Shown one piece after another: positions 47,201 through 60,900 of a DNA stretch of 64,000 nucleotides; within the stretch, counting starts at the first letter, position 1; every line of letters begins with the position of its first letter. Under the pieces are notes generated by a model that saw nothing but the letters and a program-made list of their open reading frames with translations, was not told the DNA's origin and did no database searches. A program made the position numbers and the translations under genes. The DNA comes from the human T2T-CHM13v2.0 reference genome, Homo sapiens. The stretch lies in assembly GCF_009914755.1 (NCBI RefSeq), contig NC_060938.1; one strand, given 5' to 3'.

Positions 47201-49255
47201 TTGATTCTTGGTGCCTTATTTAGTTCGTTTGTTGAGGTCATGTTTTTCTGGATGGTGTTAATGCTAGTAGATGTTCCTCGGGGCCCGAGCATTGAAGAGT
47301 TAGGTATTTATTGTACTCTTCATTGCCTGAGCTTATTTGTAGCCATCCTTCTTGGGAAGGCTTTCCAGTGACACTGGTTCTTTCAGACTTGTAGAGGTAC
47401 TGCCTTGATGGCCTTGGATAAGATCTGGGGTGATTCTCTGGATTACCAGGCAGAGTCTCTTTTTCTCTTCCCTTACTTTCTCCCAAGAACACAGAGTCTC
47501 TCTCTCTCTCTGTTCTGAGGCACCTAAAGCTGGGGCTGGTATGATGTATGATACAAGCACCCCTATGACCACCACCACCACTTCAGGTACTGGGTCACAC
47601 CTGAAGCAAGCACAGTGCTGGGTCTTGCCCAAGGCCTGTCTTAATCACTCCTTGGCTATAGCCTATATTCACTCAAGGCCCTGGGGCTCTGCAATTGGCA
47701 GGTAGAAAAGTCGGCTGGGCCTGTGTCCTTCTCTTCAGGGTGGCAAAGTCCCCCTGGCCACCAGTGGGTCCACAGATGCCATAGAGGAGTCAGGGACTAG
47801 AGTCAAAAAACTTAGAAATCTACTTGGCATTCTGTTGTACTGTGGCTGAGCTGGCACTCAAACCACAAGACACAATCCTTCCCACTCTTTCCACTTTTTC
47901 CCCTTTCCAAAAGCTGAGGAGCCTTACCCCGTAGCCACCGCCACACCTGGCCATGAGGAGTACTGCCAAAGTACCACCGATGTTCCCTTAAGGACCAAGG
48001 GCTCTTATATCAGCTTGTGGTGAATACTGCCTGGCCTGGGACTCACCCGTCAGGGCAGTGGGCTCCCCTTTGGCCAAGGGCAGGTCTAGAAATGCTGTCC
48101 AAGAGTCAAGTCCTAGAATTGGGAACCCAAAAGCCCACTTGGTGCTCTACCCCACAGTGGTGGTGTTGGTACCTAAGATGCAAAACAAAGTCCCCTTTAC
48201 TCTTCCTTCTGTTTTTATCAAGTGGAAGGAGTTTTGCCCCATAGCCACCACAGCTGGTAATGTGCATAGTCTCACCTGAAGCCAACAAGTCTCAGAAGCT
48301 CACCAAGGTCCTCAACGTAGTACCCGGGTATCACTGCTGGTTATTCAGGACCCAAGGGCTCTTCAGTTAGCAGATGATGAATGCTGCCAGGACTGGGTCC
48401 TTTCCTTCAAGGCAGTGGGTTTCCTTCTGGCCCAGGGTGTATCTAGAAATGTCACCCCAGAGCTAGAACCTGGCACAAGGGCCTCATGACCTCAAGGTGC
48501 CCTGTCCTTCTGTGGCAGAGCTGATAAGCAAGATGCAAGACAAACTCCTCCCAACTCTTCCCTCTCCTCTTCTCAAGTGGAAGGAAGGGGTTTCTTTTGG
48601 ATCCACAAGCTGTGCAGTCTCAGGTTAGGGGAGAGGTGATGCCAACATTCCCGTAGCTGCCCCAGCTGGTATCTCAGTATGTCCCATGCCACTTCAGTCC
48701 ATTGTCTTTGGGCCTAGTTCAGCACTAGGACTCACCTATGAGGTGCAGTCCTTATGGCCTAGATTACCTTTCCAATTTACTTAGACAACAAGAGCACTGT
48801 GGCCTTTGGTACTGAGGTTTGCGGGCAGTCAGGTTTGGACTGCTGGTATCAGTGATTGCCCTCTGGCTGAGGCTGGTTGACATGCCTTCTTTTGGGTGGA
48901 CTTCAGCTTAGTTTGGTCAGGTTTTCCTTTTTGCTGCAACAAAATGGCACTGAGTTCAGTGCCTCACAATTGCTCTGTTCTCCCTTCACCAGCACCCAGA
49001 GATGCTCTTGGCACCAAGCCATGCTGCTGGGGTCAGGGAGGGGTGGCACCGGAGACTCGGAACTGTTTTTCTGTCTTTTCAGTGTCTCTTTCAGTGATAC
49101 GAGGTTAAAACCAGGTACTGTGAGTGCTCACCTGATTTTTAGCTCTTAGGAAGATGCTTTTTTCTGTGTAGTTGTTTGTTAACTTAGTATCCTTGTGGTA
49201 GGGGTAGGAGGATGATCTGTGGAGTTTTCTGTTCTGCCGTCTTGTCTCACCTCCC
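44297..49255 (-). mobile_element. Old L1 (L1M1/L1PB-like): 5' UTR, ORF1, inter-ORF and ORF2 endonuclease region; 3' part absent
   Basis: Minus-strand ORF remnants: ORF1 (EFKIAALRKLKEIQDNTEK, LENSLKRANLRGIGL, RILKAAREKKQ) and ORF2 EN (ICCLKETHFTYRD; [17 protein letters not shown]). Confidence 0.92.
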
Positions 49256-50561
49256 TCCTAAAAAAATATTCTTAAATGAGATTGTAATGTTTATATGAAC
49301 TTGCACGAAGACAGACGTCTTGTGCTTGGATCCTAGGTCTCTTACCGGTTTTGTAACATTCTTCAACATACTTATAACTCTGTGCCTATGATTCCTTCTC
49401 TGTAAAATGAAGATAAGAATAGTGTCATAATGGATATAAAACCTTTAAAACAGGACTAAACGCCATGTAAGGTTAGGTGGTGGTATTGTTACTATTTATC
49501 TTATTTATATCATATTCTGTGGTGACCTGTCTGTATTTGCGAATACCTTTCAGTGATAGGAAATTAATTCTACTTCTTGATCCTAATTCTACTCCCTGTC
49601 TGTTCCTAATCTTGTTTTCCTTTGCTTCCTCTTTTCTCATCTACTCATATTTTATGCCTTCCTTCATGCTTTACATAACTTGTAGCCACCTTCAGTGTTT
49701 TTTTGGAATAAAGTAGTGTATGCATACATACATATAAATCTTTGTTCCTAGAATTTAGCACTGTTAGTGCATGGTCTTTATCTTGGATGTTCATATATTC
49801 TAGTTCCCAGAACAGTAACTTCTAGACCTTAATAAATTATTTATTGAATGAACAAAGGAATTAATTACTTTGAATTTGTGAGGTGTTGTATATGATTATT
49901 ATTTTATTCCTAAATCTTATCATTCTTTAGACCAAAAGGATATCCAGTTTGACAGTGTTCTTTTTTAAGAATGATGCTTATAACTGAATATAATAGTTCT
50001 TATGGGATTCGATCAACAGAGAGTAACAGAGTATTATTGTGTTATTTTATTCTGTGTGTATTTGTCTATTACTGTACTTAAAATACCAAACGGGAGGGGC
50101 AGTATGACTTTGGACTCATTTACCATAATATTGAAGTCAAATGTGTTGCTGTTAAATCAGCTTTCTTTACCCAATTCACATTTGTGCTTAAAAAAAAAAA
50201 AGCATTACAAGACCTTGCATATTTCTGTTCAACTTATTTTTAACATTCATTTCATTATTGCAACATTTATTGTAAGTTGTATCAGTTTCATGTTTCTTCA
50301 TCTTCTATATATGGAGATTATGCCCCAGTTACATCTCTTTATCTGTAAGACTAGTAATATCAAAAAGGAAGATGAATTTCATGTCTTAAAATTTATCCTT
50401 AGTAAATTCTATATTTTCTGTTGATTATCACTTTTAAAGGCCAAACCCTCTTTTTAGGAATTTTTCCTGAATCCCATCCAGGAATCACATGCTGTAGTTT
50501 GCTCTGATTTACTAGATTTGAAATCACCCTTTCCCATTTATGTGAAAATTAGATTTCTGTT

Positions 50562-51591
50562 TGTAGGGAAAAGAAAGAGAGCTCAGACTGTTACTGTGTC
50601 TATGTAGAAAGAGAAGACATAAGAAATTCCATTTTGACCTGTACCTTGAACAATTGCTTCACTGAGATGCTGTTAATTTGTAACTTTGCCCCAGCCACTT
50701 TGCCCCAGCCACTTTGCCCCAACATTGAGCTCACAAAAACATGTGTTGTATGGAATCAAGGTTTAAGAGATCTAGGGCTGTGCAGGAAAGGACGTGCCTT
50801 GTTAACAAAATGTTTATAAGCAGTATGCTTGGTAAAAGTCATCGCCATTCTCTAGTCTCGATAAACCAGGGGCACAGTGCACTGTGTGGAAAGCCACAGG
50901 GACCTCTGCCCTGGAAAGCCAGGTATTGTCCAAGGTTTCTCCCCATGTGATAGTCTGAAATATGGCCTCATGGGATGAGAAAGACTTGACCGTCCCCCAG
51001 CCTGACACCCGTGTAGGGTCTGTGCTGAGTTGGATTAGTAAAAGAGGAAAGCCTCTTGCAGTTGAGATAGAGGGAGGCCACTGTCTCCTGCCTGTCCCTG
51101 GGAACTGAATGTCTCGGTATAAAACCCGATTGTACATTTGTTCAGTTCTGAGAAAGGAGAAAAACTGCCCTATGGCGGGAGGCGAGACATGTTGGCAGCA
51201 ATGCTGCCTTGTTATTCTTTACTGCACTGAGATATTTGGGCAGAGAGAAACATAAATCTGGCCTACGTGCACATCCAGGCATAGTACCTCCCCTTGAACT
51301 TAATTATGACATAGATTCTTCTGCTCACATGTTTTTTTGCTGACCTTCTCCTTATTATCACCCTGCTCTCTTACCGCATTCCTCTTGCTGAGATAATGAA
51401 AATAATAATCAATAAAAACCGAGGGAACTCAGAGACTGGTGCCGGTGCAGATCCTTGGTATGCTGAGTGCTGGTCTCCTGGGCCCACTGTTGTTTCTCTA
51501 TGCTTTGTCTCTGTGTCTTATTTCTTTTCTCAGTCTCTCATCCCACCCGATGAGATATCCCACAGGTGTGGAGCGGCAGGCCACGCCTTCA
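50562..51591 (+). mobile_element. Solo HERV-K(HML-2) LTR, LTR5A-like
   Basis: TG..CA ends (tgtagggaaaagaaagagag...ggccacgccttca), 1030 bp; TATAAAA ~51118; AATAAA ~51411; near-TSD ctgtt/gtgtt. Confidence 0.95.
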
Positions 51592-51785
51592 GTGTTCGCT
51601 AGTTTCAATGCTTACAATGCCTGTCATTTATCTGTAGCTCTTATACTTTTTATAAAAAGTAATTTTACACCAAAAGCCTTGAAACTTTTTTAGAGTAGTA
51701 GATTTGAACTCTTGTTATTATTTTATTCTACTGTTATCAGTAACCTCCCATGTTAACACTATTGTTTCTTTCTGTTTACTTTCAG

Positions 51786-52017
51786 CTGGTTGGTGGAGAA
51801 TTTGAACTGGAGATGAACTTTATTATCCAGGATGCTGAGAGTATAATACGCATGACAGAGCTTTTAGAGCACTGTGATGTAACATGTCAAGCAGAAATAG
51901 GGAGCATGTTTACAGCCATTCTATGAAAAAGTGTTTGGAATGTACAGACTAGCACAGAAGTTGGGCTAATTAAACAAGTATTGCTGAAAATGAGTGCTGT
52001 AGATGACATGAGAGCAG
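51786..52017 (+). pseudogene. NBEAP: Neurobeachin unprocessed pseudogene exon (NBEA exon 2 equivalent)
   Basis: [76 protein letters not shown]; 232 bp with ttttcag/gtatgg sites; in-frame TGA 51924-51926. Confidence 0.95.
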
Positions 52018-52478
52018 GTATGGGGTTGTCTGTTAGGAAAGTATAACTTAAAAGTTTATAAAGTTTCACATACTTCTCTTTATATTCTATAGGTAATGTA
52101 GATTTGTTGACACTACTTTGATTTAAAATAAATGGAAATGTATGGAAATTTTACTTTTTATATTAATGGAAAACCTGAAGAGTGAAAGAAGAAAAATATA
52201 CTTACTATAGTAGACAAATATAATTACTAATGTTGTTTTCTAAATTTTAGAAAATCTCAGTACCACGGAGTGCTATGAAATCTATCAGAAAAATAAACAG
52301 TATCTTTTTATGTAGTATTTCATTAAGCTTTTACATAATTAAAATGCCACAATAGGTATTACAGTTCTGTATAATGAGCATTTTATCAAATTCCCCTAGT
52401 TCTGTGCCCCTCAATCTGGCATATATGCAACTATGACAGGAGGTACTAAAAGCCTTAGATAAGCATGGTGTATCTTTT

Positions 52479-54139
52479 TTTTTTCCCACGTATATTTTTT
52501 GTTGTTTTTTGTTTTTTTCTGTTATATGTCCTGGTTCTTCCATAACTTATAAACTTGATTTATACCGAGGAGGTGGGAAAGTGGGCGGGGCAGGGTGGAC
52601 TGACCCGGGATGGGGAAGCTCCTCTCGCTGCCCCCTCGGGGCGGGCCTAGGCCCTTTGGAGGATGGGGACGCCAGGACACTCCTCCCTGAGGTCGTCTGG
52701 CCGCCTCTGCCCCTAGTGCTCAGAATCCTGTGTGCCCCTCAATTCCGGAATCCCTCCTGGGACCCCATGCCCACTGGGCACACTGCCCCTGGTACTCAGA
52801 ATCCCGAAGCACCATTCGGTTCCAGAATCCCCTCCTCAGCTGCTGGGGTGGCGGGGTCCCTCCTTTCCGATGTCCCCCCCAACCCCTGAGGGGGGAGGGA
52901 AGGGAGGGGGGTCAGGTCTCCCCTCTGTGGCAGGGGGAGGTGGAGGTGGAGGTGGAATCGGAAGGGCGTGGAAGGCGGGGGCCAGGAGGGCTCAGCCGAT
53001 GGTGAGTCCAGAGCCACACTGGAACTTGTTCTTGCGGTGATTCAGGAAGGCCCCAAGGGCCAGCGTCAGGGGCAGGAGCTGGAGCTTCTTCTCCAGCGTG
53101 GCACCCACGATCCAGTTGCTATCCACAGAGCCTTTGAAGAGGAGGTTGGCCTTGGGCAGGTCCAGCTGGTACCCGAAGGAGACGCTGGTATCCTGCATCC
53201 TTGTGCTGGCCTGAAAATCCACACCCACCTGCAACTGGTCACTGGCTTTGTGGTAGTATGTTGCGTGCATGCCCGCCTGGCTCAACGTTACCGTTGCCAA
53301 CCAGTTGTTCAATGTGTATTTCTCAGCTAGAGACATGACAGTGCCCTCGTCCCCAGGCCGCCGGTTGTAGACCAGCTCTCCGCCCAGGGCCAGGCAAGGC
53401 CTGATGCTCTGGAGGTAGTGGGCTTCGAGAATTCTTGAACCCACGAGGACGTCTGGGATCCCCAGGGTGACGGCTGCGGTGAGTCAGAGCCCCGATACTC
53501 CCCGTCCACCTGCCAGTTCACAAACTTCGACTGCTGGGTCTGGATGGCCATCTTGGACCTGAGACCGGGGCCCAGCTGGTGAATGACCTGAGCGTGGAGA
53601 CTGCCGCTGTTGTCCATGTCACCTACCAGTACAGGGAACGCCTCTGTGGGACTCAGCTGCTTTGTCCCCACATACGTGACCCCGAAGTGGTAGCTGGACT
53701 CCCCGATTGCGCTGAGGGCTACTGTGTGGTTCACCTGGAAACGGTTACTCAACCCTTTGTTGACTGTGAGCTTGACACCCTCCATCTGAATGGGAAACAG
53801 CTCCTTACACCTCCGGTGGCACTCCTGGAATGTGCCCGGGTTGGGCAGGCAGCCGCAGGCCCCATCCTCAGCGGCCCCTGAGGCGCTGGCGGTTGCAGCC
53901 CCGGGGGTCCGTTCCGAACCTCGACTCCTAGTGGTGCCGGCGCCCAGGCCGCCTCTCAGCGGCGGCAGCGTGAAGCCTGGCGGCGAGGGCGGAGGTGGCG
54001 GCCCTGCGGGCGGCGAGCTGGCGGCCAACATGTTCCCCATGGTCGCTGGCGGTGGCGCCTGCTCCCGGCCTGGTCTCCGCTCCCACCCGGTGCGCCACGC
54101 GCAACCGAACTCGCTGCCGCCGCCGCCACCCCCGTCGCC
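52479..54139 (-). pseudogene. TOMM40P: Processed TOMM40 pseudogene; CDS remnant 52992-54040
   Basis: ORFs 53327-54040 and 52992-53444 give the N- and C-terminal parts of Tom40 ([32 protein letters not shown]; ..[13 protein letters not shown]); intronless; 1-bp frameshift ~53482; 17-bp TSD agcatggtgtatctttt at 52462-52478 and 54140-54156. Confidence 0.97.
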
Positions 54140-57100
54140 AGCATGGTGTATCTTTTGGACATGTCCATTTTGGAAGAAACTTTTGTGTTAAAATAAACTA
54201 ATATATTATGGGCTAGAACATAAAATTCACCAAGAATTTCAAGATAAAAATACTAATGTTTTGCTTGTTTGGGTTATTTCAAACAATAACTTTGAAATCT
54301 ATAATTTTTTCACCACCGACCCTCTACCTCCTTGCATGCTCATTCTCCTGTGTGGCTAGATGCATTTCGGAAAAGTGTTTTGAATATTATTTCAGAGCAA
54401 GTATCATTCCAGAAAATAAGTTTAAAGTTTGAAATGTTTATTTTTTGTAACCCATGAATCTTCAGCTTAAGTATCTTCTGACATAAAAGCATTTTCATAA
54501 TTATAAAAGTGCTGATATTACTCTCCACAGTATTATATCTGATCCTGCAAAGTAGTTCAGATACCAGAGAATACTCTTAAACATTTTGACTCACGCATTT
54601 AATTATGTTTAAAATTTATGTAACAAGACATTAAATGAGAAAGAATGGAATGAAAAATGGGTTAAAAGAATGCAAAATCGCAAAAAGAATGCTTTGAATT
54701 TAAATATTTCCCAAAATTTGATTTTCTGAGAAAATATATTAAAAATCATACGTAATTACCTTCAGGGTGGCAAGTATCTTTTTTTATAATGACTTAGCAC
54801 CCCTGTACTGGGGACCGATGGCTAACTTGGTGAAAAATGAGATTCACACATCTGTTTCTTAAAATACCTTTTTAATACAGATATATTAATAGTAGCATTT
54901 CTATAAATTCTAGAGTTACTTAATAGGAATTTATTAATATAGACTTACGTGTACACATGTTTTATAGAACATCATATGATCCTTCAATTCTTATATCTGA
55001 GTTTAAGCTCTTAATTTTTTTTTTTTTTTTTGTAAATTGCCTGCTACTCTATGGAGTGCAGTTTAGAGAATGAGCCAAAATTACATGCATAGTAGTTTAC
55101 TAGTACATAATTCATCAACACTGAAATGTAAAAGTGACAGTGAGGGTGATCGTACCATAGAAGTTCATATTTTGACATTGCCATTATATAAAGCTTCTTC
55201 ATTCTCCTATCTTTTTCTCAGTAATAATATTAATAACACAAAATTTTTCACTTTTTGTAATTTCTAGTATTTCCTTTCAAAAGAGCTTGATGATGGAAGG
55301 ATATGAGAAAAGAGAATAAATGTCAGAAAAATACCTCTGTCTTGCTTTTTAACAGAGAAATTAAACTTTAAATATTATACTAAGGAAGAACCAGTAGCCA
55401 CCAAAACACTTCTAACTGTTCACATCTGAATGTATTATAGTATGTTAAGTTCAATGGGGTACTTTTTGTTTAATAATGTAGTAAAAGTGTCACTAGAAGT
55501 TGGCTAAATTAAACATTTATAGCAAATTGATAAGAAAAGCTATCTTGTTTGATAATAAAATGCTAGTTATATTGTATGATAATAAAACTGCCTGAAATAG
55601 TTGCTTACACACTAAAATCTGAAAGGTTAGTATAGGGTTTAACTCATTTGAAATAGTGTGTATGTGTGCATGCATGTGTATGTGTGTGTATGTGTACTTT
55701 TTTTCATGGCAAGCACTTAGAATTCTTTGACTACTTTGAAATTATTTATTGGCCACCTACAGAGTATTTTCTATATCTTCAGCCATTATGTTTGGAGTAG
55801 ATTACATTCCTTATTCTTGAAGAACTCTGATGGCTAGACATGCAAATACAGCTTGTTTTATAACTGATACTGTAGATTTAGGTACTCAAAACTATGGGGA
55901 CACAATTGAAAAGAGAAACCAAGCTAGGTTGAAGTGCAGAAAAGCTTCACAGATGAGGAACATATTAGTCTGCTATTAAAGAATAATCGAGATTTTGTTG
56001 GAAGGAAGAATGATTTGGATAGAAGCAGCGTGATGTATAGGAAGAGGAACTGTAAAAGAACAAGTGCAACAGCTGGTATATTTAGATGTACTTTGGAATG
56101 TGGGGTTGGGTACTAGAGGAGGATAAAATCGAAAGGGTTTGTTGGAGCCATAGCATGTGGGAAGTCTTGTATAACCTGAAGAAATTACAATTTTATTCTG
56201 AATGCAGAAGATTTTTGACATGGAAGGCCCATGTTGTATTTGAGAAAGGCCATTATCAGCAACGTGAAGGATCTTTTTGGGGAACAGATTAATTTTAAAG
56301 TCATAATGGGTAATTATCTTTTATGTAGAATTTGAATAAAGTCTAGGAAAATAAATAAATCCATTCAGATGTTTCTTGAAGTCAGGTGAAATAATCAGCT
56401 ACTTTCTCATTTATTCCTTAGAATGGCTACATTTTATTTGATTGCTATTTTCAAAGGAGTCCTACATTATTCCTTTTCTGCTTATGAATGGACCTAAATC
56501 CTTTTTGGTTATAAATATCAGTGGTTATGTTTCTGAGTAATAAATGTCATGCTTTGCCTTTCTTGGTTTCAATGTTGTTAACATTATGAACATTATCTCT
56601 TAATGCTTGCATTTCTTCAATATTGATTCCATTAACATTCACTAGCTCAGTCATTTTTGGCTTTAAGGATTCAATCTCCTTTAACCAAATGGATTGCTAC
56701 TGAAAACCACTAGAATGAGTTGATCAACTTAACAATGTGTTGATCTGTAAGGATTGAAACCTCTGTAATTTTAGTATGCCAGTAATGCACAGTACAGCAT
56801 ACTTACCTATAAGAACATCAAACATTCATTGATTGCCATTCTATATGTTAGGCATTGTAAGTGTTTATACATATGTACTCATTTACTACTTGCAATACAC
56901 TGAAATAAGACTGCCTGTGTTCAAGTTCTGGCTTCACCACCTACTATTCACCTTGTACTTTTGGTGTCTTCAACTATAAAATGAGGATAGGAATAGTGCT
57001 TATCCCATAGGATTTAATGAGAGAATCATATTTAAAGCCCTTTTGTAATGGCTGGGTCAGAAATGTGAGCACAGAAATATGTGCGCTATTACTATCTTTT

Positions 57101-57847
57101 AAGCTCTATTATAAAATACTATATATGGATAACATGAGAGCGAGTTTTAAATAAGCATCTGAACTTCCAAACATAAATGGGGTTGAACTTCAAAGTGGTC
57201 ATTTTGGGAGATTATATATTAACTTCAGTGGTACCTTCATTTTTCAATGATTACACATTTTTCTACTTCATGATTAAATTTACAGCTAAGGGAATGCTTC
57301 TGTAGAAGAAAACAACTATATTTCATAGTTACATCTTTTTAATTTTTTAAACTAAAAATGTACTGCTTTGCTCGATCAGCTGCAGTATTTATCAAACTTG
57401 ACTATGACCAAGTTTTTTTTTTCCTTTTTCTTTTTAATTTGTATGCTATTTTCAAAGGTATACCAGAATTAGAGAGCAGGTTGTTATTTAAAATGTGAAC
57501 TTTGTATAAATGTGTTCTGTATTTGCTGATTGCAAATGGTCCTTAAAGGTAGATAAAGTCTACTTGGTGGTAGGGTTTTGTTGGCAGTTAATTTGTTTTT
57601 ATGTATTTCTGAGATTTTAGATTGAAATACTAAAAGCTTCCATAGTCTTTTATTTCCTAGTTTAAATTTCTTATATTTACTTATAACTAAACCTTTTATA
57701 TTTTTGTTTAGTTTTTATTTGACACATATTAAACTCCTTCTACCATACAGGGAAATAAGTTTTATTTTTATAGGAATGTTTAATAGCCATTAGGTGTTTA
57801 GTTCTTTTTATCAGAGGATATTATACTATCCTCAGTTGTCTTTACAG

Positions 57848-57974
57848 TTTTCATGCTAGCAAAGGAGTTGGTTACTCTGCTCATTTTGTTGGCAACTGTT
57901 TTATAGTCACATCATCGAAGTCCAAAGGAAAATGTTTTCAGCATTGTGTGAAATATGATTTTCAACCACGTAAG
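57848..57974 (+). pseudogene. NBEAP: Neurobeachin pseudogene exon (NBEA exon 6 equivalent)
   Basis: [42 protein letters not shown]; 127 bp; tctttacag acceptor, gtaggt donor. Confidence 0.93.
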
Positions 57975-60900
57975 GTAGGTAAAAGTAAATATTTTCATAA
58001 CTCACTTGTTATGACAGAATTCTTAACTATCCTTTTATGACCTCTGTAGTATTCTCTTTCACTGGATTTCCTATGCTTTTAATGGTTTTCTCTTATCCTT
58101 GTTTGCATTTTCTTTTTACTTTTATGTCTAATTTTTGTCTTCTGTAAGGTCAGTGCTTTGATCTCTTGCGTGTATTTCTCTTACATTCTCTCATTATCTC
58201 AGTCTCATCTGTTCTATGGCATTCTTTCAATAGATACTTATTATTTACTGAGAATTGGACACCATTGTAGGCACTAGGGAGTTATAAATCTTTGCCTCTT
58301 TTTTAAAAAAGTTAAATGTTAAACCCCCAGATTAAGCAATGCACAGATAGTTTTGTTGGGGAGATTCACCTAATCCTAGTAGTTCTGAATCTTGTTTCCT
58401 AAGAGTGGAGGTTTTGTTAATTTCTGATGCTTTAATAATGCTGGCTTCAAGGATTTGAATGTTGCTGTACTGTTAGTTTTGGCTCGTAAAATATGTCTTT
58501 ACTTAATATCCCAAATAATAGCAAAAACAAGGTCAAAACACATTTTAAAAACTGCTGTAAAGAGAAAATGCAGAGAAATGTGCAACTGTATAATTAGAAT
58601 TATAAGAGATAATTCATTCATAATCGGGTGGCATTTTCTAGAGAGATTTTCCTGCCTGTGTACCGGACTCCATCTTTGTGTCAGAGTAACAAACCATCTG
58701 AAAGTCCAGATGAAAGAAAACAAGGACAGAGTGCATAGCAGTTCCCATCTCACATGTTTAAGGCTTTTTTGCCCTTCCAGGTTCAGGGTTCTTTCTTGGG
58801 TATATGACAGTGAGATTGTCAACGTTTTATAGGGCACACTGCCTCCTCCTAACAGAAATATCGCCTTACCCTTTGTGATTAATGGTACAATCATAATAGA
58901 TATGATGAATCCAAACGTGGTGAGGGGGAGGTCTTTATATCTTTTTCATATCTTTTTTGTTTGTTTTCTTGTAGCTTATGATCTGATGTGTGTCTTGTCA
59001 TATACAGAAAAAAAAATATTTTGGGTGGTATTTTCAAAAATTTGTTTAGATTTTATATGATTCTAATGAAAATATTTGTTTTATATTTAATGTCAGTAAT
59101 TGTGGTTTCTATTAAAGAATATCAATTTAACAATAATTCATCAATATATACTTAGAAAATAGTTTAAAAAGCAATGATCTGAATAAATATATTCGTTCGT
59201 TATAATGGTGTATTCTTTCTTTTTTAATACAACTTGATTACTTTAATACCAATCACAATTGCCTTTGCTCTGGACATTCTGTTTTATTAAAACTAAGATA
59301 AGACCAAGATTGTTTGCTAAAATTGCCAAATTATTTTGAATTTCAGTGGAATTGATTAGAAGTACAGATTGTTGGTATTATAATTTTCATGTTAGGATTG
59401 TGTGTTTTTAATGAATATTCTAGGTAACTTTCTCATCAGACAGTTTTAGGAAACAGTGGTTTAAAGAATATACATGCAAACAATTAGAGTGAAGTTATAA
59501 CCAAATGAAATTGTCATTAGCCAATAAAAAGCGCTTTAACCCATTTGTTCTCACGTTTTCTATTTTGTGTTTTCTTCACTGTTTACTTGTGGAAAACACA
59601 TTCTCCTTTGTAAAGCTCTCAATATGCAATGATACTAAGGGTCTAGTTAGGAGCAGGGCCAGAGAATGATGTGGATTTTAAAAAGTCTTCTGTGAAGATT
59701 CTCAAAAACCTTGAAAAGTCATAAGTATTTGCTTTTATTGTGTTTCATTATTCACAATAAATTTATTCTCTTATTTCTTCCTTTCTTTAATTTCCCACAG
59801 ATGCCCTAGCTAAGTTGTTGTTATCCTTCCTAATAAGAGATTTACTGGCCTTTCAAAAAGAAATCTTTACATTAAAACTTTTGCTTTCCCAGCTGCACCA
59901 CTTACCAGCTGTTAGAACTTGTGAAAATGGGTATAAACCATTAGCATGTTACCTAATGGTAATATGTGCTCTAGACATATTAGCTATTATTGATATCATC
60001 TGTACTTTTTTGTCTTCAATTTATTTCCATATCTTCAACTTGTAATATATATCTTGTGGATTCTTAATATGGATCTTTTTTTCCCCTTATTCCTGGTTGT
60101 GTCCTTCTTCTATAAATTTCTTTTTGAGTCTCAAACTAAATGCAGACTTCACTATATATACATAATATCAGTATGCACAGCTAGTTTCCAAGTTTATTTT
60201 TATTTTCTTTAGTCGACATATATAAGGTCAAAAGTTAGGCTTTTTTTAGCCATTGAAAAACTCACTTGTGTCTGTTATCTGTAGAGTACAGTTTGATGTA
60301 CCAAGGAAAGAGAAAAGTTACTTTTCTTATAAATAAGTACTCTGGTCTTAACTGAGATCAGTTCATTAATTCACCAGTGCATTCACTTATTTATTCATTT
60401 AATTTTATCATATATCATTGTTACAACCAAAAGCAAACCTTGGTAAACTCCAAATCTGATTAATTTTTCTGTATTAATGATCTTAAGTTAATGCTACCCT
60501 TACCCCTCTAAGTGAAAATTGGAAGCCATCTTAGACTCCCCTGTTGTATGTTAACACTTCCTATCAGTTCTGTTAGTTAATTCCCATCCTCATTTTAAAA
60601 TTACTAATGACTTTGTCTTAGTTCAGCGGCTTATGGTGTCTTACCTCAACCTTTGCAGTGGTTTTTCAGTTTTATCTTTGTCCACACTTGCCTACCTATC
60701 TCACCTCCACATTGCTGCCAGGTATTTTCCTTAACTATGAAGCTGATCGTTTAACTTTCCTACTCAAAATTATTTAGTTATACCACATTATGCAAAAAAC
60801 AAAGGCCAGTTTCCTAAAGGTCTGTTTATAATCTGGTCTTTGCCTGTTTTTGTTTTTCCTTCTAAACCTACACACTGAAGAAAGTTTTATCAAGCATCTG

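Noticed and set aside
50002-50424. 140-aa hydrophobic ORF (also 58455-58894)
   Set aside because: AT-rich intronic sequence, no homology recognised and no exon structure
52885-52990. G-run cluster, possible G-quadruplex
   Set aside because: Simply the complement of the C-rich TOMM40 3' UTR; nothing locus-specific
52992-54040. Functional TOMM40 gene
   Set aside because: Intronless, TSD and polyA bounded, frameshifted, with a 36-bp deletion
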